Shown: positions 1 to 9,526 of the stretch, piece after piece
Position numbering within the stretch: the first letter of the stretch is position 1
Layout: each line of letters opens with the position of its first letter
Source of the DNA: a virus
Length of the DNA: 64,000 bases
Virus record (IMG/VR): IMGVR_UViG_3300033143_002031
Coordinates: 96,001 to 160,000 of that record
Direction: 5' to 3' (one strand)
Translations under genes and position numbers: made by a program
The notes under the pieces: model-generated
Databases searched by the model: none
What the model was told of the DNA's origin: nothing
The model's input: the letters and a program-made list of their open reading frames with translations, nothing else

Positions 1-1
1 G

Positions 2-262
2 CACCGGAACAAACATCACTGGCAGTTCTGGCGTCTCAGGGAAGACGACGGCGGGACGAAGCTGATCCCCATGCCGCCGAAGTACGTGAAGGAGATGCTC
101 GCCGACTGGCGCGGGGCCGGTCGCGCGCAGGGCTTCGACAAACTCGGCCCCTGGTACGCGAAGAACCACCTCAAGATCGAGCTACACGCGGAGACGCGCG
201 ACCTCCTGCACTCCCTCATGGAGCCCGACGAGCTACCACCGAAGGTGCGGGAGAAGTCATGA
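2..262 (+). CDS. C-terminal part of a DUF5662-like (HD-related) phage protein; truncated by window edge
   Basis: Frame open from base 2: HRNKHHWQFW...MPPKYVKEMLADWRGAGRA...WY..N, resembling the HHWxxW / MPxxYxxEMxxDWxGA pattern of this family. Confidence 0.6.
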   Translation, partial: HRNKHHWQFWRLREDDGGTKLIPMPPKYVKEMLADWRGAGRAQGFDKLGPWYAKNHLKIELHAETRDLLHSLMEPDELPPKVREKS

Positions 263-879
263 GCACCCCTGGCACCGCAACGTGGCTCCGCGCGCAGGCG
301 CAGGACCACGAGGACTTGGCCGAAGGGCTCATGCGTGCGGCGAACCGTATCGACCGACTACAGGCCGAACTGGCGAAGCAGAAGACGGGTGTGGACCAGA
401 CGCACTGCCCGGCTCCGGTCCCGCGCCGTCCGGCCTCATATTTCCCCCGGCCCACAGACAGGCCGCAGCTACCGATCTTCCGCATTCGGCTGCCCGAGGG
501 GGAGCTTGCGTCGGACCGTGAGGCCCACGAGCGTGTCTTCGACTGGATCAACGGCTCGGAGCACCTCGGCATGGGCCTGCTCGACCCCTGCCAGGTGTTC
601 GTTCTCGGAGAGCCCGACGCAGAGGGCGGAACGTGGGACTACGACACGGTGATCGGCATCTCCACGCTCCACACGGACGCGCACGACAAGGGGTTCGTTC
701 GCATCACAGGGGTCAGCCGGAAGGGGCCACTTGGGCTCTTGCAGAAGCGCCTCGGGAGCATCGACCTGACAGGGTGCACCATCCTGGACGTAGAGTCGGA
801 CAACGAGACGATCATCGAACTCGTGGCGCTGGGCGAAGAGGTCGTGAAGGCCGAGGAAGACGAGGCAGGCGATGAGTGA
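259..879 (+). CDS. Hypothetical protein (206 aa)
   Basis: ATGA overlap with the upstream stop and overlap with the downstream gene; GC3-rich codons; acidic C-terminus. Confidence 0.7.
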   Translation: MSTPGTATWLRAQAQDHEDLAEGLMRAANRIDRLQAELAKQKTGVDQTHCPAPVPRRPASYFPRPTDRPQLPIFRIRLPEGELASDREAHERVFDWINGSEHLGMGLLDPCQVFVLGEPDAEGGTWDYDTVIGISTLHTDAHDKGFVRITGVSRKGPLGLLQKRLGSIDLTGCTILDVESDNETIIELVALGEEVVKAEEDEAGDE

Positions 880-1843
880 GACCATGATGAAGCTGACGGT
901 GCATTGCGTCTGTGGCACGAGCTACGACATCACCCCGGACACCTCGTCAGAGGACGCTCCGGGCCTGTGCCCCGGCTGCGGCGGCGTGCCTCCGCGCCCG
1001 AGCCTAGACGAGCGCGCCCAAGAGGCCACAGAACTCGAAGAGAGGGCTCTCGCCGACTTCACTGGTGCTATGGAATCGGTCCGCAGCAAACTCGCAAGTG
1101 CGCTCAGTGTCGATCCGGACACGAAATGGGAGAGGCTGGTGCCAGCCGCTCAAGAACTCCACGGCGAGTGGCAGGAAGTCACGACCGAGATCGACTCGCT
1201 GCGCTTCGCCCTGCACATGGTCCGAGAGCAGGTCGTCAAGGCCGACAAGTTGGTCTGGGACACCATCGGGGGTCGGCCGCCGGGGGAGGCGGAGTACGCC
1301 AGCGACCTCGTGGAGAGCGTCGGGGCGCTCATCGGTAAGATGGAAGAGGGGAAGGAGGTCCGAGAGCGACTTCACACCGAGATCGAGTCTCTGGAGGAGG
1401 ACGTAGCGGTGCTTCGCGCGGGGGACGAGACGTCTGCCGGAACGTGGAAGGCTCACTTCCTGGACCTCGCCATGGCGGTTGGGGTCCCGCGCGTGGCCTA
1501 CGGCGTCGTCACGGCCCCGAACGTGGACGCCGTGATGACCTACGTGGGGCAAGTCATGCCCGCCTACAAACTCCTCCAGCGCGTGGACGAACTGGAGAAG
1601 CGGTTCAACACCACGGCCGCGCCGCAAGGGACCGAGACCGGAGGGCTGAACCGGGTGCGGTGCCCCCACTGCGGGACAGGCTACCCCGCAGGAGTCATGT
1701 TCTGCCCGCGCTGCGGAAAGGACCCCTCCCCAGCGACCCCAGAGGGCTGCGAGACGTGCGAAGACGCCCCGGACGACTGCTACCCCGACCCGCCCGGCGC
1801 GGGCTCCTGTGAGCACCACAAGCCCAAGGGAGGTGCATCATGA
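872..1843 (+). CDS. Hypothetical protein with N- and C-terminal zinc ribbons and central coiled coil
   Basis: CxCG..CPGCGG at the N-terminus; CPHCG..CPRCGK..CETC at the C-terminus; heptad-like middle. Confidence 0.7.
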   Translation: MSETMMKLTVHCVCGTSYDITPDTSSEDAPGLCPGCGGVPPRPSLDERAQEATELEERALADFTGAMESVRSKLASALSVDPDTKWERLVPAAQELHGEWQEVTTEIDSLRFALHMVREQVVKADKLVWDTIGGRPPGEAEYASDLVESVGALIGKMEEGKEVRERLHTEIESLEEDVAVLRAGDETSAGTWKAHFLDLAMAVGVPRVAYGVVTAPNVDAVMTYVGQVMPAYKLLQRVDELEKRFNTTAAPQGTETGGLNRVRCPHCGTGYPAGVMFCPRCGKDPSPATPEGCETCEDAPDDCYPDPPGAGSCEHHKPKGGAS

Positions 1844-2346
1844 GCCACACCTACAAGGACGAGACGGGGATCATCTTCCACTACAACTCGGACCTGTCCG
1901 GCGGCGTGGAGATTGTTGTCCCGCCCAACAACCCGCACGGTGATGGTACTTCGATCTCGATCGAGGCCGACGTCCTGAGCCGGTTCGTCTTTCACGCCAT
2001 GATGGACCCCGAAGAGACGCTGACGTGGCTCGAAAACATCCGGGACTGGATCAACCGGCACACGAATGCTGTGACGCAGTACCGCGAGGAGCGCACCCTG
2101 GGGCTGACCACCCCTAACACCGACCCGAGCCGGTACAAGTTCGCGCCCGGTGACAAGGTGTTCCTGACCTTCGCCGAGGCGAACGGGGAGACGGGCATGG
2201 TCACGAACGTTGGGCACCACTCCTCCGGGGGCGGGAGCTACGAGTACGCCGACGTGAACCTGGACAAGGACGGCACGCAGACAGGGCCGTTGCCGGTCAC
2301 GTGCGTGCGGATGAGGCGGCCGGAGGACCAGCTATGTACATCGTGA
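1840..2346 (+). CDS. Hypothetical protein with KOW/SH3-like C-terminal segment
   Basis: ATGA overlap; YKFAPGDKVFL...GETGMVTNVG resembles a KOW-type beta motif. Confidence 0.6.
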   Translation: MSHTYKDETGIIFHYNSDLSGGVEIVVPPNNPHGDGTSISIEADVLSRFVFHAMMDPEETLTWLENIRDWINRHTNAVTQYREERTLGLTTPNTDPSRYKFAPGDKVFLTFAEANGETGMVTNVGHHSSGGGSYEYADVNLDKDGTQTGPLPVTCVRMRRPEDQLCTS

Positions 2347-2636
2347 TCGAGATGACCGCGAACAGGACAGACCCGCAGGGCTACGGAGGGTTCGTGAAGA
2401 TCCATTCCGACCTGACTTCCGGCAGCCTGCACGAGCAGGAATTCGCGGATGTCTACCATGAGGTCTGCAAACTCCTCGGGGTCGAGCAGGCGAAGATGAT
2501 CCACACCATGGGTGTGTACGGGGCGAGCAATGCGGGGATGGCCTATGAGGACGTGAAGTCGGACGGGGAGGTCCAGCTATTCACTGAATTTCAAGACCGA
2601 AGGCGAGTGTGGATCTTCGAGGTGCCGGCGGAGTAG
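2334..2636 (+). CDS. Hypothetical protein
   Basis: ATG at 2334 preceded by GGAGG; in frame with ORF 2301-2636. Confidence 0.6.
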   Translation: MYIVIEMTANRTDPQGYGGFVKIHSDLTSGSLHEQEFADVYHEVCKLLGVEQAKMIHTMGVYGASNAGMAYEDVKSDGEVQLFTEFQDRRRVWIFEVPAE

Positions 2637-2646
2637 GATCGTCAAC

Positions 2647-3000
2647 ATGGGGAGTATCACAGTTATCAGGTATGAGAAGCTCATCATGGCCGATGTCAGG
2701 TGGGCGGACGACGTGGCGGTCGAGTGGGCCGGAAACGATGGAGTTTACATCGTCCGGGCTGCTCTCGATTACACTGGCGCGGACGCAAGGATCATTCTGC
2801 GCCATGGCCCTAATGAGACGATCCTGGCTTCTGGGCTTGGGAGAGAGATGAGTTACTTCGGCAAGCATGCGGTTGCCGAGGGGGATGAGGTCGTGCTTCA
2901 GTGGCGCGCTCTTGTTCCATCGAGGCCGGCAGTGTCGGAGGTGGCAGAACTGCTCCTCGAAACCACTTCGGGTCGGTCCGATGACGAGACCAGACCGTAG
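2647..3000 (+). CDS. Hypothetical protein
   Basis: Fills the gap between + strand genes; codon usage slightly more AT-rich. Confidence 0.5.
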   Translation: MGSITVIRYEKLIMADVRWADDVAVEWAGNDGVYIVRAALDYTGADARIILRHGPNETILASGLGREMSYFGKHAVAEGDEVVLQWRALVPSRPAVSEVAELLLETTSGRSDDETRP

Positions 3001-3107
3001 GACACAGGGTGCGGGATGAGGACGGTGTGGGATGGTGATGGCGGTGCTGGGTGTTGTCGTGGCCCTGACGGTTCACGACGTGGTGGTGTGGCTCAAGAAC
3101 CAGGACG

Positions 3108-3383
3108 ATGGAGGAGCTTGTGGGTTGGAGCCTTTGCGGGAAGAACGACCACGGGCAGGAGATAGGCTACAGCGTGGAGGCGGTCTGCGACGAGCCCGGC
3201 TGCGAGGTCGCGATAAATAGGGGCCTCGCATACCTCTGTGGACGGATGCACGAGGACTCCGAGACCTGCCACAAGTACTACTGCCAGGAGCACTTGTACC
3301 ACGCCGACGTGGGGCCAGGAGGCGGGCTCTGTGCGAGGTGCTTGGAGGAGCGGGAACGGCGAGAGGGGCTGGAGGACGAATGA
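3108..3383 (+). CDS. Small Cys/His-rich phage protein
   Basis: GWSLCG..IGYSVEAVCDEPGC..INRGLAYLCG.MH pattern typical of a recurrent phage hypothetical family; overlaps next start. Confidence 0.65.
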   Translation: MEELVGWSLCGKNDHGQEIGYSVEAVCDEPGCEVAINRGLAYLCGRMHEDSETCHKYYCQEHLYHADVGPGGGLCARCLEERERREGLEDE

Positions 3384-4027
3384 AGGTACCTAGCAAAGCG
3401 CAGATCGAGGAGATGGGGGCTCATATGGAGGAGATGGCCCGAGAGACGCAGGGGCTCGGGCCGCCGGACCCTGAGCATCTGAGTGACTGCGGGGACGGCG
3501 AGGTCAGGCCGGTCCTGGTCTATCCGAGCCCTCGACTGCGGGACGAAACAGCCGAAGTCCCGGAGTTCGATGACCGGCTCCGCAAACTCGTGGCTGACCT
3601 GGCGACGACGATGTACACGTTCAACGGCATCGGGCTCGCTGCCACGCAGATCGGCGAGCCGGACCGGGTGTTCGTCGTGGACGTCTTGAACGGTGCCCCG
3701 CCCCAGAAGGGGCGACCGACGAACCAGCTTCTCGTCGCTGTCAACCCGATCGTGTGGCCCGTACCCGGCAAGACCAAGCGAGACGCGGAGCGATGCCTCT
3801 CGTTTCCAGATGCCGTGGAAGTGGTGGAGCGACCGGCGAGTGTCATCATGAAGGCGTTCGACCACCATGGGAAGCCCTACGCCCTCGGCTGTAGCGCCGA
3901 CCTCGGCCGCGCGATCCAGCACGAGTACGACCACCTCGAAGGCCGGCTGCTCATCGACTACATGGCGAAGAAGAAGGCCCGCGACCTGCGGCGTCGGATT
4001 CACTCCAACGGGCGGCGAAGGTGGTGA
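3380..4027 (+). CDS. def: Peptide deformylase
   Basis: Motif 1 GIGLAATQ, motif 2 variant ERCLS (normally EGCLS), motif 3 QHEYDH; YP.PRLR start of the domain. Confidence 0.92.
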   Translation: MKVPSKAQIEEMGAHMEEMARETQGLGPPDPEHLSDCGDGEVRPVLVYPSPRLRDETAEVPEFDDRLRKLVADLATTMYTFNGIGLAATQIGEPDRVFVVDVLNGAPPQKGRPTNQLLVAVNPIVWPVPGKTKRDAERCLSFPDAVEVVERPASVIMKAFDHHGKPYALGCSADLGRAIQHEYDHLEGRLLIDYMAKKKARDLRRRIHSNGRRRW

Positions 4028-4233
4028 GCGACTACTCGGATCGAAAACTCCCTCGGGAGGGGGACGAGCCAGAGAGAGTCGTCCATGTCCTCGACAGTGG
4101 AGTCGCTCTCTGCGGGCTGGGTAAAGGGCAGTTCCCGGGCGAGTGGCCTCCGGGGCATGTCTGGACCTACGCGCACGACCTCGACAACGTGACCTGCGAG
4201 AGGTGTCTTGCCGAAGCGAAGAAGGTGCGTTGA
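4021..4233 (+). CDS. Small putative zinc-binding protein
   Basis: VH..ALCG ... VTCERC; overlaps the def stop. Confidence 0.55.
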   Translation: MVSDYSDRKLPREGDEPERVVHVLDSGVALCGLGKGQFPGEWPPGHVWTYAHDLDNVTCERCLAEAKKVR

Positions 4234-4399
4234 GCCCGCGCAGTACCGATGCCTCACCTGCGCCTACGAGTGGCACAGGACCCCGGACAGCGGCCACCCG
4301 AGCGGGGTGACGCCCCCGACCTGCCCGAAGTGCGGCGCGCTCTACCTGGAGTGGATCGACTTTGAGGGCTGGCGCGAGCGCAACCCACTTTCAACTTGA
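4208..4399 (+). CDS. Small zinc-ribbon protein
   Basis: CLTC...CPKCG..YLEW; start codon uncertain. Confidence 0.55.
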   Translation: MPKRRRCVEPAQYRCLTCAYEWHRTPDSGHPSGVTPPTCPKCGALYLEWIDFEGWRERNPLST

Positions 4400-4424
4400 C
4401 TTTCTCGCGTCAATAGCATACGTT
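4396..4424 (+). promoter_or_regulatory. Sigma70-type promoter
   Basis: TTGACT-17-TACGTT upstream of the gene at 4467. Confidence 0.65.
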
Positions 4425-4466
4425 AGGTGGGACGAGTGGGACGTGTCCCGCTAGGAGAGGAAGCAC

Positions 4467-5171
4467 ATGAACCCAGCGACCTACAACCTGTTGGAAGGCA
4501 TCGTCCGCGCGATCACCACGGTTGCCGAAGCCTCACTTCCGAAAGAGGCCATTGCAGAGTCCCGCAGCGACCTCCACGGAAAGCTCATGTCCGTCAAGAA
4601 CGAGATGAGGCGAGAGGACGGTGAGGATATCGTGCAGGCTACTGCGAAAGCAGCGCTCGCCTTGGCTCGATACACACTCAGCTTCAAGGTGGATATGGAC
4701 AGCGAGCGCGTGCAGAAGAAGCACCTTCTCTCCGTTGTCAAAGAACTCACCAATCGCTCCGAGCGCCGACACGCACTGACCGAGGCCACGTTGCACCCGA
4801 CCGGGCACTGCACGTGCGAAGGGCAACTCACGAACGGCCAGCCTGAAGGCGAGTGCGAGTGGTGCCGGGAGCACTGCGTGGAGTGCGGCATGGAACTCGA
4901 TATGGATAGGCACTGCCCCAACTGCTACGAGGACGGCAAGGCGCTGGCCGAAGAGGTGCTTCCGGACCTGGGGGATGAGCAAGCTCCCGAGGAGCCCGTC
5001 ATCGACGAGTACGTTGACGCAGGTCTCGACTCGACCAAGTGGCGGCTGATCAACGACACCGCTGGCAACCCGGTGGCAGCGCTCTGGTTCAACGGCCAGA
5101 AGGACTCGCTCACGCAGGAACAGGTCGAAGATCTGGAAGAGGCGATCAGCGAGGTCGTTAGGCAATGGTGA
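4467..5171 (+). CDS. Hypothetical protein with Cys cluster
   Basis: SD AGGAG upstream; HCTC..CEWC..CVEC..CPNC. Confidence 0.7.
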   Translation: MNPATYNLLEGIVRAITTVAEASLPKEAIAESRSDLHGKLMSVKNEMRREDGEDIVQATAKAALALARYTLSFKVDMDSERVQKKHLLSVVKELTNRSERRHALTEATLHPTGHCTCEGQLTNGQPEGECEWCREHCVECGMELDMDRHCPNCYEDGKALAEEVLPDLGDEQAPEEPVIDEYVDAGLDSTKWRLINDTAGNPVAALWFNGQKDSLTQEQVEDLEEAISEVVRQW

Positions 5172-5278
5172 GGTACGACAAGAGGCCGTGGGATTGGATG
5201 CTGGACGGGGTGGCGCCCTTCATGGGCGTCTTGATCGGCCTGAGTATCTTCCTAGCGGTCATGGACTGCCTTGGGTAG
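5168..5278 (+). CDS. Small membrane peptide (36 aa; not in ORF track)
   Basis: GTGA overlap with upstream stop; MRYDKRPWDWMLDGVAPFMGVLIGLSIFLAVMDCLG contains one hydrophobic span. Confidence 0.45.
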   Translation: MRYDKRPWDWMLDGVAPFMGVLIGLSIFLAVMDCLG

Positions 5279-5290
5279 GCAGATTGTGGC

Positions 5291-5320
5291 TTGACAATCG
5301 CCGGGCTATGTGGTACGACT
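5291..5320 (+). promoter_or_regulatory. Sigma70-type promoter
   Basis: TTGACA-ATCG...TGTGG-TACGACT (17-nt spacer), same motif as at 13145, 24942 and 29851. Confidence 0.6.
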
Positions 5321-5362
5321 GAGGGAGATCGAAAGTGGGATGACTTCCCGCTAGGAGAGACG

Positions 5363-6691
5363 ATGAAGAAGAAACGCCCGCCAGTCCCCGATAACGATTG
5401 GCTCCGTCACGGGGCCTCTGGACCCGTTCCGATAGGCACGCCTTCGGGCGACCGCAGGACGTTTCGTCAGACGGCTGATCCAGTGGGCAAGGAACTGAAG
5501 CGTCACGCGGAAGCGACGTGGAACACATGGAAGCGCGGAGAGCCCGTCTTCCGCCTCGTCACCGCGCTCCGAACGATGGTGACGCTCGCCATGTTCGAGG
5601 GCAAGGTGCCGACCGACCTCCAGTGGATCAGCGACTTCTTCGATCCAGAGGCATGGTTCTACGAGCCCTTTCTGGGCGTGAACCAGATCAATGCAGGCGA
5701 GGACAACAGTGCTTCACTGAACGCGACGCTCGCGTTCACGGCCATGCAAGCTCTCCAGGTGAGCGACACGCCGGCCTGGTTCGAGCTACGGGACGGGCTC
5801 GCTCACTCGCTCCTCGCGACGCGCTTGACCGGCGTGCGGCCGAGCGACGTCAAGATGCCGCTTCCGGGCTTCTACATCGAGCTACCGCCTGACCTCATGT
5901 ACCTCACGAACAACCTGACGGGACGCCACGAGGTCCGTGCGCTGTGCGTGGCCGAGGGCTGCCCGACCAAGGCTGCCAGCGATATTGTGGCGTCGTTCCC
6001 GATCGACGACTCACCGTTCCGCGAGTCCGAGGATGTGGGCTATGGACGCCGCCTCCTGATCGTCGTGTTCTGCGAGCCAAACGAGAACAGCATCACGCCA
6101 GAGGATGACAACATCCTCTATTTCTCTCTGCCGCTGTACGACGACGAGAGGACCGTAGGGGAGTTGATCGAGTACGATCACACGGTCACTGGTGACGACT
6201 GGAGAGACGACAAGATCGGCGGAGCGTTTGCAGGGGTGGGCCGCACCAATCTCCAGCTACGAAACCTGCTCCGCTCGTTCGTCGTCAACTTCCTGCTCTA
6301 CCTGAATGCACCTGAGTCGGACATCTGCCACAAGCACGCCGACCACGTGTCGAAGCTACGCAAGGGCAAAACGACGCGGCGAGTGCGGGAGCAGATCAAG
6401 CGTCTCCGGCGGAAGCCCTTCTGGGTCGTCGGGAGCCGTGTCGTGGTGGACCCGAGCATCCGGGAGGCCGTCCGGCACGCAGGGACGAAGAGAGGCCCTC
6501 AGAAGGCCGTCAACGTCCTCGTGATGGGGTACTGGCGCAAGCAGTGGAGCGGGCCAAAGTCGGAAGAGTGCCCGAAAGGGACCAAGTGCCGTCCGAAAGA
6601 GATCAAGCCCTACGTCCGGAACAAGGTCGAGGGCTCGCCCGTGTTCGCTCACGAGTACAAGGTCAAGAATGGCAACGGGAGCCGGAAGTAG
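5363..6691 (+). CDS. Conserved phage protein of unknown function (C-terminal VxGxWRxQ-type motif)
   Basis: ATG 5363 after AGGAG; C-terminal VLVMGYWRKQWSGP resembles the VRGHWRxQ motif of a widespread phage family. Confidence 0.65.
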   Translation: MKKKRPPVPDNDWLRHGASGPVPIGTPSGDRRTFRQTADPVGKELKRHAEATWNTWKRGEPVFRLVTALRTMVTLAMFEGKVPTDLQWISDFFDPEAWFYEPFLGVNQINAGEDNSASLNATLAFTAMQALQVSDTPAWFELRDGLAHSLLATRLTGVRPSDVKMPLPGFYIELPPDLMYLTNNLTGRHEVRALCVAEGCPTKAASDIVASFPIDDSPFRESEDVGYGRRLLIVVFCEPNENSITPEDDNILYFSLPLYDDERTVGELIEYDHTVTGDDWRDDKIGGAFAGVGRTNLQLRNLLRSFVVNFLLYLNAPESDICHKHADHVSKLRKGKTTRRVREQIKRLRRKPFWVVGSRVVVDPSIREAVRHAGTKRGPQKAVNVLVMGYWRKQWSGPKSEECPKGTKCRPKEIKPYVRNKVEGSPVFAHEYKVKNGNGSRK

Positions 6692-6711
6692 ATTCTGGCT
6701 AGGAGGGCAGC

Positions 6712-8040
6712 ATGTTCATACTACCGATCAAGAGCACCTACGTCTCTCACTGGGGGACATGGGAGTGTGTGCGCGAAATCGTCCAGAACGCTAAGGACGA
6801 GGAGGAGGAGAACGGTCACAAGATGACCGTGAAGTACGAGCGCGGGTGGCTGCGCCTTTCCAACATCGGGGCCGACCTCGCGCGCAACGCGCTGCTCCTC
6901 GGGCAGACCAGCAAGGCGTCACGAGACGACCTGCGAGGTGAGTTCGGCGAGGGCCTGGACCTGGCGCTCCTCGCAGGTGTTCGAGCCGGCTACGAGATGC
7001 GCGTCTACACCAAGACGGAGGTCTGGACGCCGACGATCGAGTTCGTGAAGAAGTTCGGCGACCTCGTGCTGGTCGTCCGCACCCGCGCGAGAGAGATCGA
7101 GGGACCGGGCGTTGAGGTCCGGATCAAGATGCCGCTCGACGACTGGAAGGAGGCGCGCAAGCTCTTTCGTTTCCTCGTGGACGACGAGCCTCAGTTCAAT
7201 ATCAAAGTCGATGAGGGGGTCATCCTCACGCACCCCGATCGCAAGGGGCAGATCTACGTCAAAGGGATCTACTGCACGACGATGCCGCAGATGGAGTACG
7301 GCTACGACCTGAAGAAGGCGAAGATGGACCGCGACCGTCGCATGGTGGAGGTGTGGGACCTCCGCTGGCGGCTCTCAGCCATGTTGAAGGAAGGCGTGGC
7401 GAAGGACCCCGGAAAGCTCGCCCCGGCCGTCTACAAGATGCTCAAGGACAAGGCCGAGGAGGTTCAGTCCATGGGCTACAACAACTCGGACGAGTTCGCC
7501 GAGGCGATGGCTACGCAGTTCAAGTCCGAGCACGGCGAGGGGGCTATCCCTGTCGAGGGCATGGCCGAGAGCAAGCAACTCGATCACCTCGGAGCCCAGG
7601 GCGTCGTCGTCAGTGACACCCTGAAGAAGGTGCTGGAGAGGAAGGTCAGGAGTGCCTCTGAGGTGAGGCAGGAACTCGCCACGGCGGCCGAGGCGGAGTA
7701 CTCCTGGCAAGATCTCGAAGAGGAGGAGAGGACCGTTCTGGGCGAGGTGACGACCCTTGTGCACGAGGCCACAGCCGAGTGGCGAGGGCGTTGGGGCCTG
7801 AGCCCGCTTCTCGACCGGCTGCACGTCGTGGACTTCAAGCAAGAGGCGCTGCTCGGGACCTGCGATCGCAAGACCCGGCTCGTGAAGATTTCGCGCCGAC
7901 TGCTCGTGGATGCGGAGGAGGCCCTGACCACGCTCATCCACGAGGAGGCTCACGCGCTGTCAGCCGCCTCGGACGGAGAGAAGCAGCACATCGACATGGT
8001 GGAGCGCATCTGGGCGCGGCTCTTCTTCTCCCGGTCTTGA
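6712..8040 (+). CDS. GHKL-type ATPase with C-terminal HExxH metalloprotease-like motif
   Basis: REIVQNAKD (N-box), LLLGQTSK, GEFGEG (G-box); C-terminal LIHEEAH. Confidence 0.75.
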   Translation: MFILPIKSTYVSHWGTWECVREIVQNAKDEEEENGHKMTVKYERGWLRLSNIGADLARNALLLGQTSKASRDDLRGEFGEGLDLALLAGVRAGYEMRVYTKTEVWTPTIEFVKKFGDLVLVVRTRAREIEGPGVEVRIKMPLDDWKEARKLFRFLVDDEPQFNIKVDEGVILTHPDRKGQIYVKGIYCTTMPQMEYGYDLKKAKMDRDRRMVEVWDLRWRLSAMLKEGVAKDPGKLAPAVYKMLKDKAEEVQSMGYNNSDEFAEAMATQFKSEHGEGAIPVEGMAESKQLDHLGAQGVVVSDTLKKVLERKVRSASEVRQELATAAEAEYSWQDLEEEERTVLGEVTTLVHEATAEWRGRWGLSPLLDRLHVVDFKQEALLGTCDRKTRLVKISRRLLVDAEEALTTLIHEEAHALSAASDGEKQHIDMVERIWARLFFSRS

Positions 8041-8062
8041 CTATCGCGGGGCTTTGTAGGAT
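8037..8062 (+). promoter_or_regulatory. Probable promoter
   Basis: TTGACT-ATCGCGGGGCTTTG, closely similar to the 5291 motif; the -10 match is weak. Confidence 0.4.
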
Positions 8063-8074
8063 AGGAGAAATAGC

Positions 8075-8593
8075 ATGGGAACGAATTTCTATCTGACGCG
8101 ACACACCTTCGAGTTCGAGCCCGAAGACGCGGACTTCTACACCGAGAGGGACCAAGATGAGTCTCTCGACTCGGACGACCCTCGGTTTCACATCGGCAAG
8201 CGTTCGGCGGCAGGCCCCTATTGCTGGGACTGCGGTGTGACGCTCTGCAAGGACGGGGAGGCGCGTGTTCACCACGACTCGAAGTGGCACGACGAGTGCC
8301 CTGTCTGCGGCAAAGCCCCTGTGCCTGTGGACGGGCTCAAAGAAGGAGCAGGAGCGGTCGAACTAGGCTTCGCGAAGCCTGCCAGTGTGCGTCCGGAGGA
8401 GGTGCGATCGTGTGCCTCGTTTACGTGGGCGCAACCGCTAGGCCACTTCCAAGTGTTCGCGCGGGAGCACCTGGACGAGGAGATTGTCGTGGACGAGTAC
8501 GAGCGGTCTATGACAGGACGGGCATTCCTGAAGATGCTGGAGATGAACTGCCCGATCCAACTCAAGAACTCGATCGGGGGGTGGTTCTGCTGA
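8075..8593 (+). CDS. Conserved phage hypothetical protein
   Basis: MGTNFY...HIGKRSAAG pattern; two CxxC pairs; SD AGGAG. Confidence 0.7.
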   Translation: MGTNFYLTRHTFEFEPEDADFYTERDQDESLDSDDPRFHIGKRSAAGPYCWDCGVTLCKDGEARVHHDSKWHDECPVCGKAPVPVDGLKEGAGAVELGFAKPASVRPEEVRSCASFTWAQPLGHFQVFAREHLDEEIVVDEYERSMTGRAFLKMLEMNCPIQLKNSIGGWFC

Positions 8594-8651
8594 GAGGTAC
8601 AATGCCGGAGTCGCAGGGTGTGGTGATCGAGAGGAAGGACTGGGACTGGTA

Positions 8652-8897
8652 ATGGTCAACGACAAGACGCTGCAAGACGAGATCACGGAACCGACCACCT
8701 CGCAGAGCATGAAGTCTCTGAAGCTCATTCGGCTCATGAAGGGCGATGTCGCGACGGCCTTGCAGGACGAGGTGCCGCTGGTTGTCGAAGGCGAAGGGCC
8801 GCTGACGGCTCTCATGACCGTGATCCAGGTCGCCGAGCACGCGACCCTGAAGGCGATGGCTCCAATCCTCGGGGCTGACGGGAAGATGGTGTCGTGA
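8652..8897 (+). CDS. Hypothetical protein
   Basis: Tightly packed + strand ORF overlapping the next gene. Confidence 0.55.
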   Translation: MVNDKTLQDEITEPTTSQSMKSLKLIRLMKGDVATALQDEVPLVVEGEGPLTALMTVIQVAEHATLKAMAPILGADGKMVS

Positions 8898-9526
8898 TGG
8901 GTGACGTCGTGGAGATGAAGCGCAAGGTGGAGGCCGAGGTACATCGCTTCGGCCACCACTTCTGCGTGGAGTACAGCACGGGCAGGCACCCGGCCACGGC
9001 GGACCCACAGGCAGCCCTGTACGTGGACGGAGCTTTCTTCACCTGGCTCGCGGTGGGCTTCCGCGTGCTCGACTGGAAGGCGCTCTACCTCGATCTCGAC
9101 AACGACCACGTGCTCATCCGGCCCGAAATGGTTGGCATGAGCCCAACGACTGAGGGCACCAAGGACCATCGGTTCCTGCTCGAAACGGAGGAGTACATCC
9201 TAGCCCTACTCACGGAGGGGCTCGTGCGGGCGCTAGGAGCGTCCGAGGAGAGCGAACCCGAGCCCAAAGAGGTTCCCGACCCTCGGAACCTTCACCCGCG
9301 CGAGAGGGCGCTGAGAGCCGTTGCAGCGTGGCATGACCACGGCAAGGACGAGAAGCGGCTGCCCGACCTCATCGCCATCGAAATCTACGACGCCCTGGAC
9401 GGTATGGGTATGACCGTCGCCGACTCCCTGGACGAGGACGAAGACGTGCCACGTGAGGAGTGTGGGGACGCGGTGCGGAACCTGATCGAAGAGACACTCC
9501 AGACGTGGCGAGGAGGTGCGGAATGA
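8894..9526 (+). CDS. Hypothetical protein
   Basis: GTGA-type overlap; GC3-rich. Confidence 0.65.
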   Translation: MMGDVVEMKRKVEAEVHRFGHHFCVEYSTGRHPATADPQAALYVDGAFFTWLAVGFRVLDWKALYLDLDNDHVLIRPEMVGMSPTTEGTKDHRFLLETEEYILALLTEGLVRALGASEESEPEPKEVPDPRNLHPRERALRAVAAWHDHGKDEKRLPDLIAIEIYDALDGMGMTVADSLDEDEDVPREECGDAVRNLIEETLQTWRGGAE

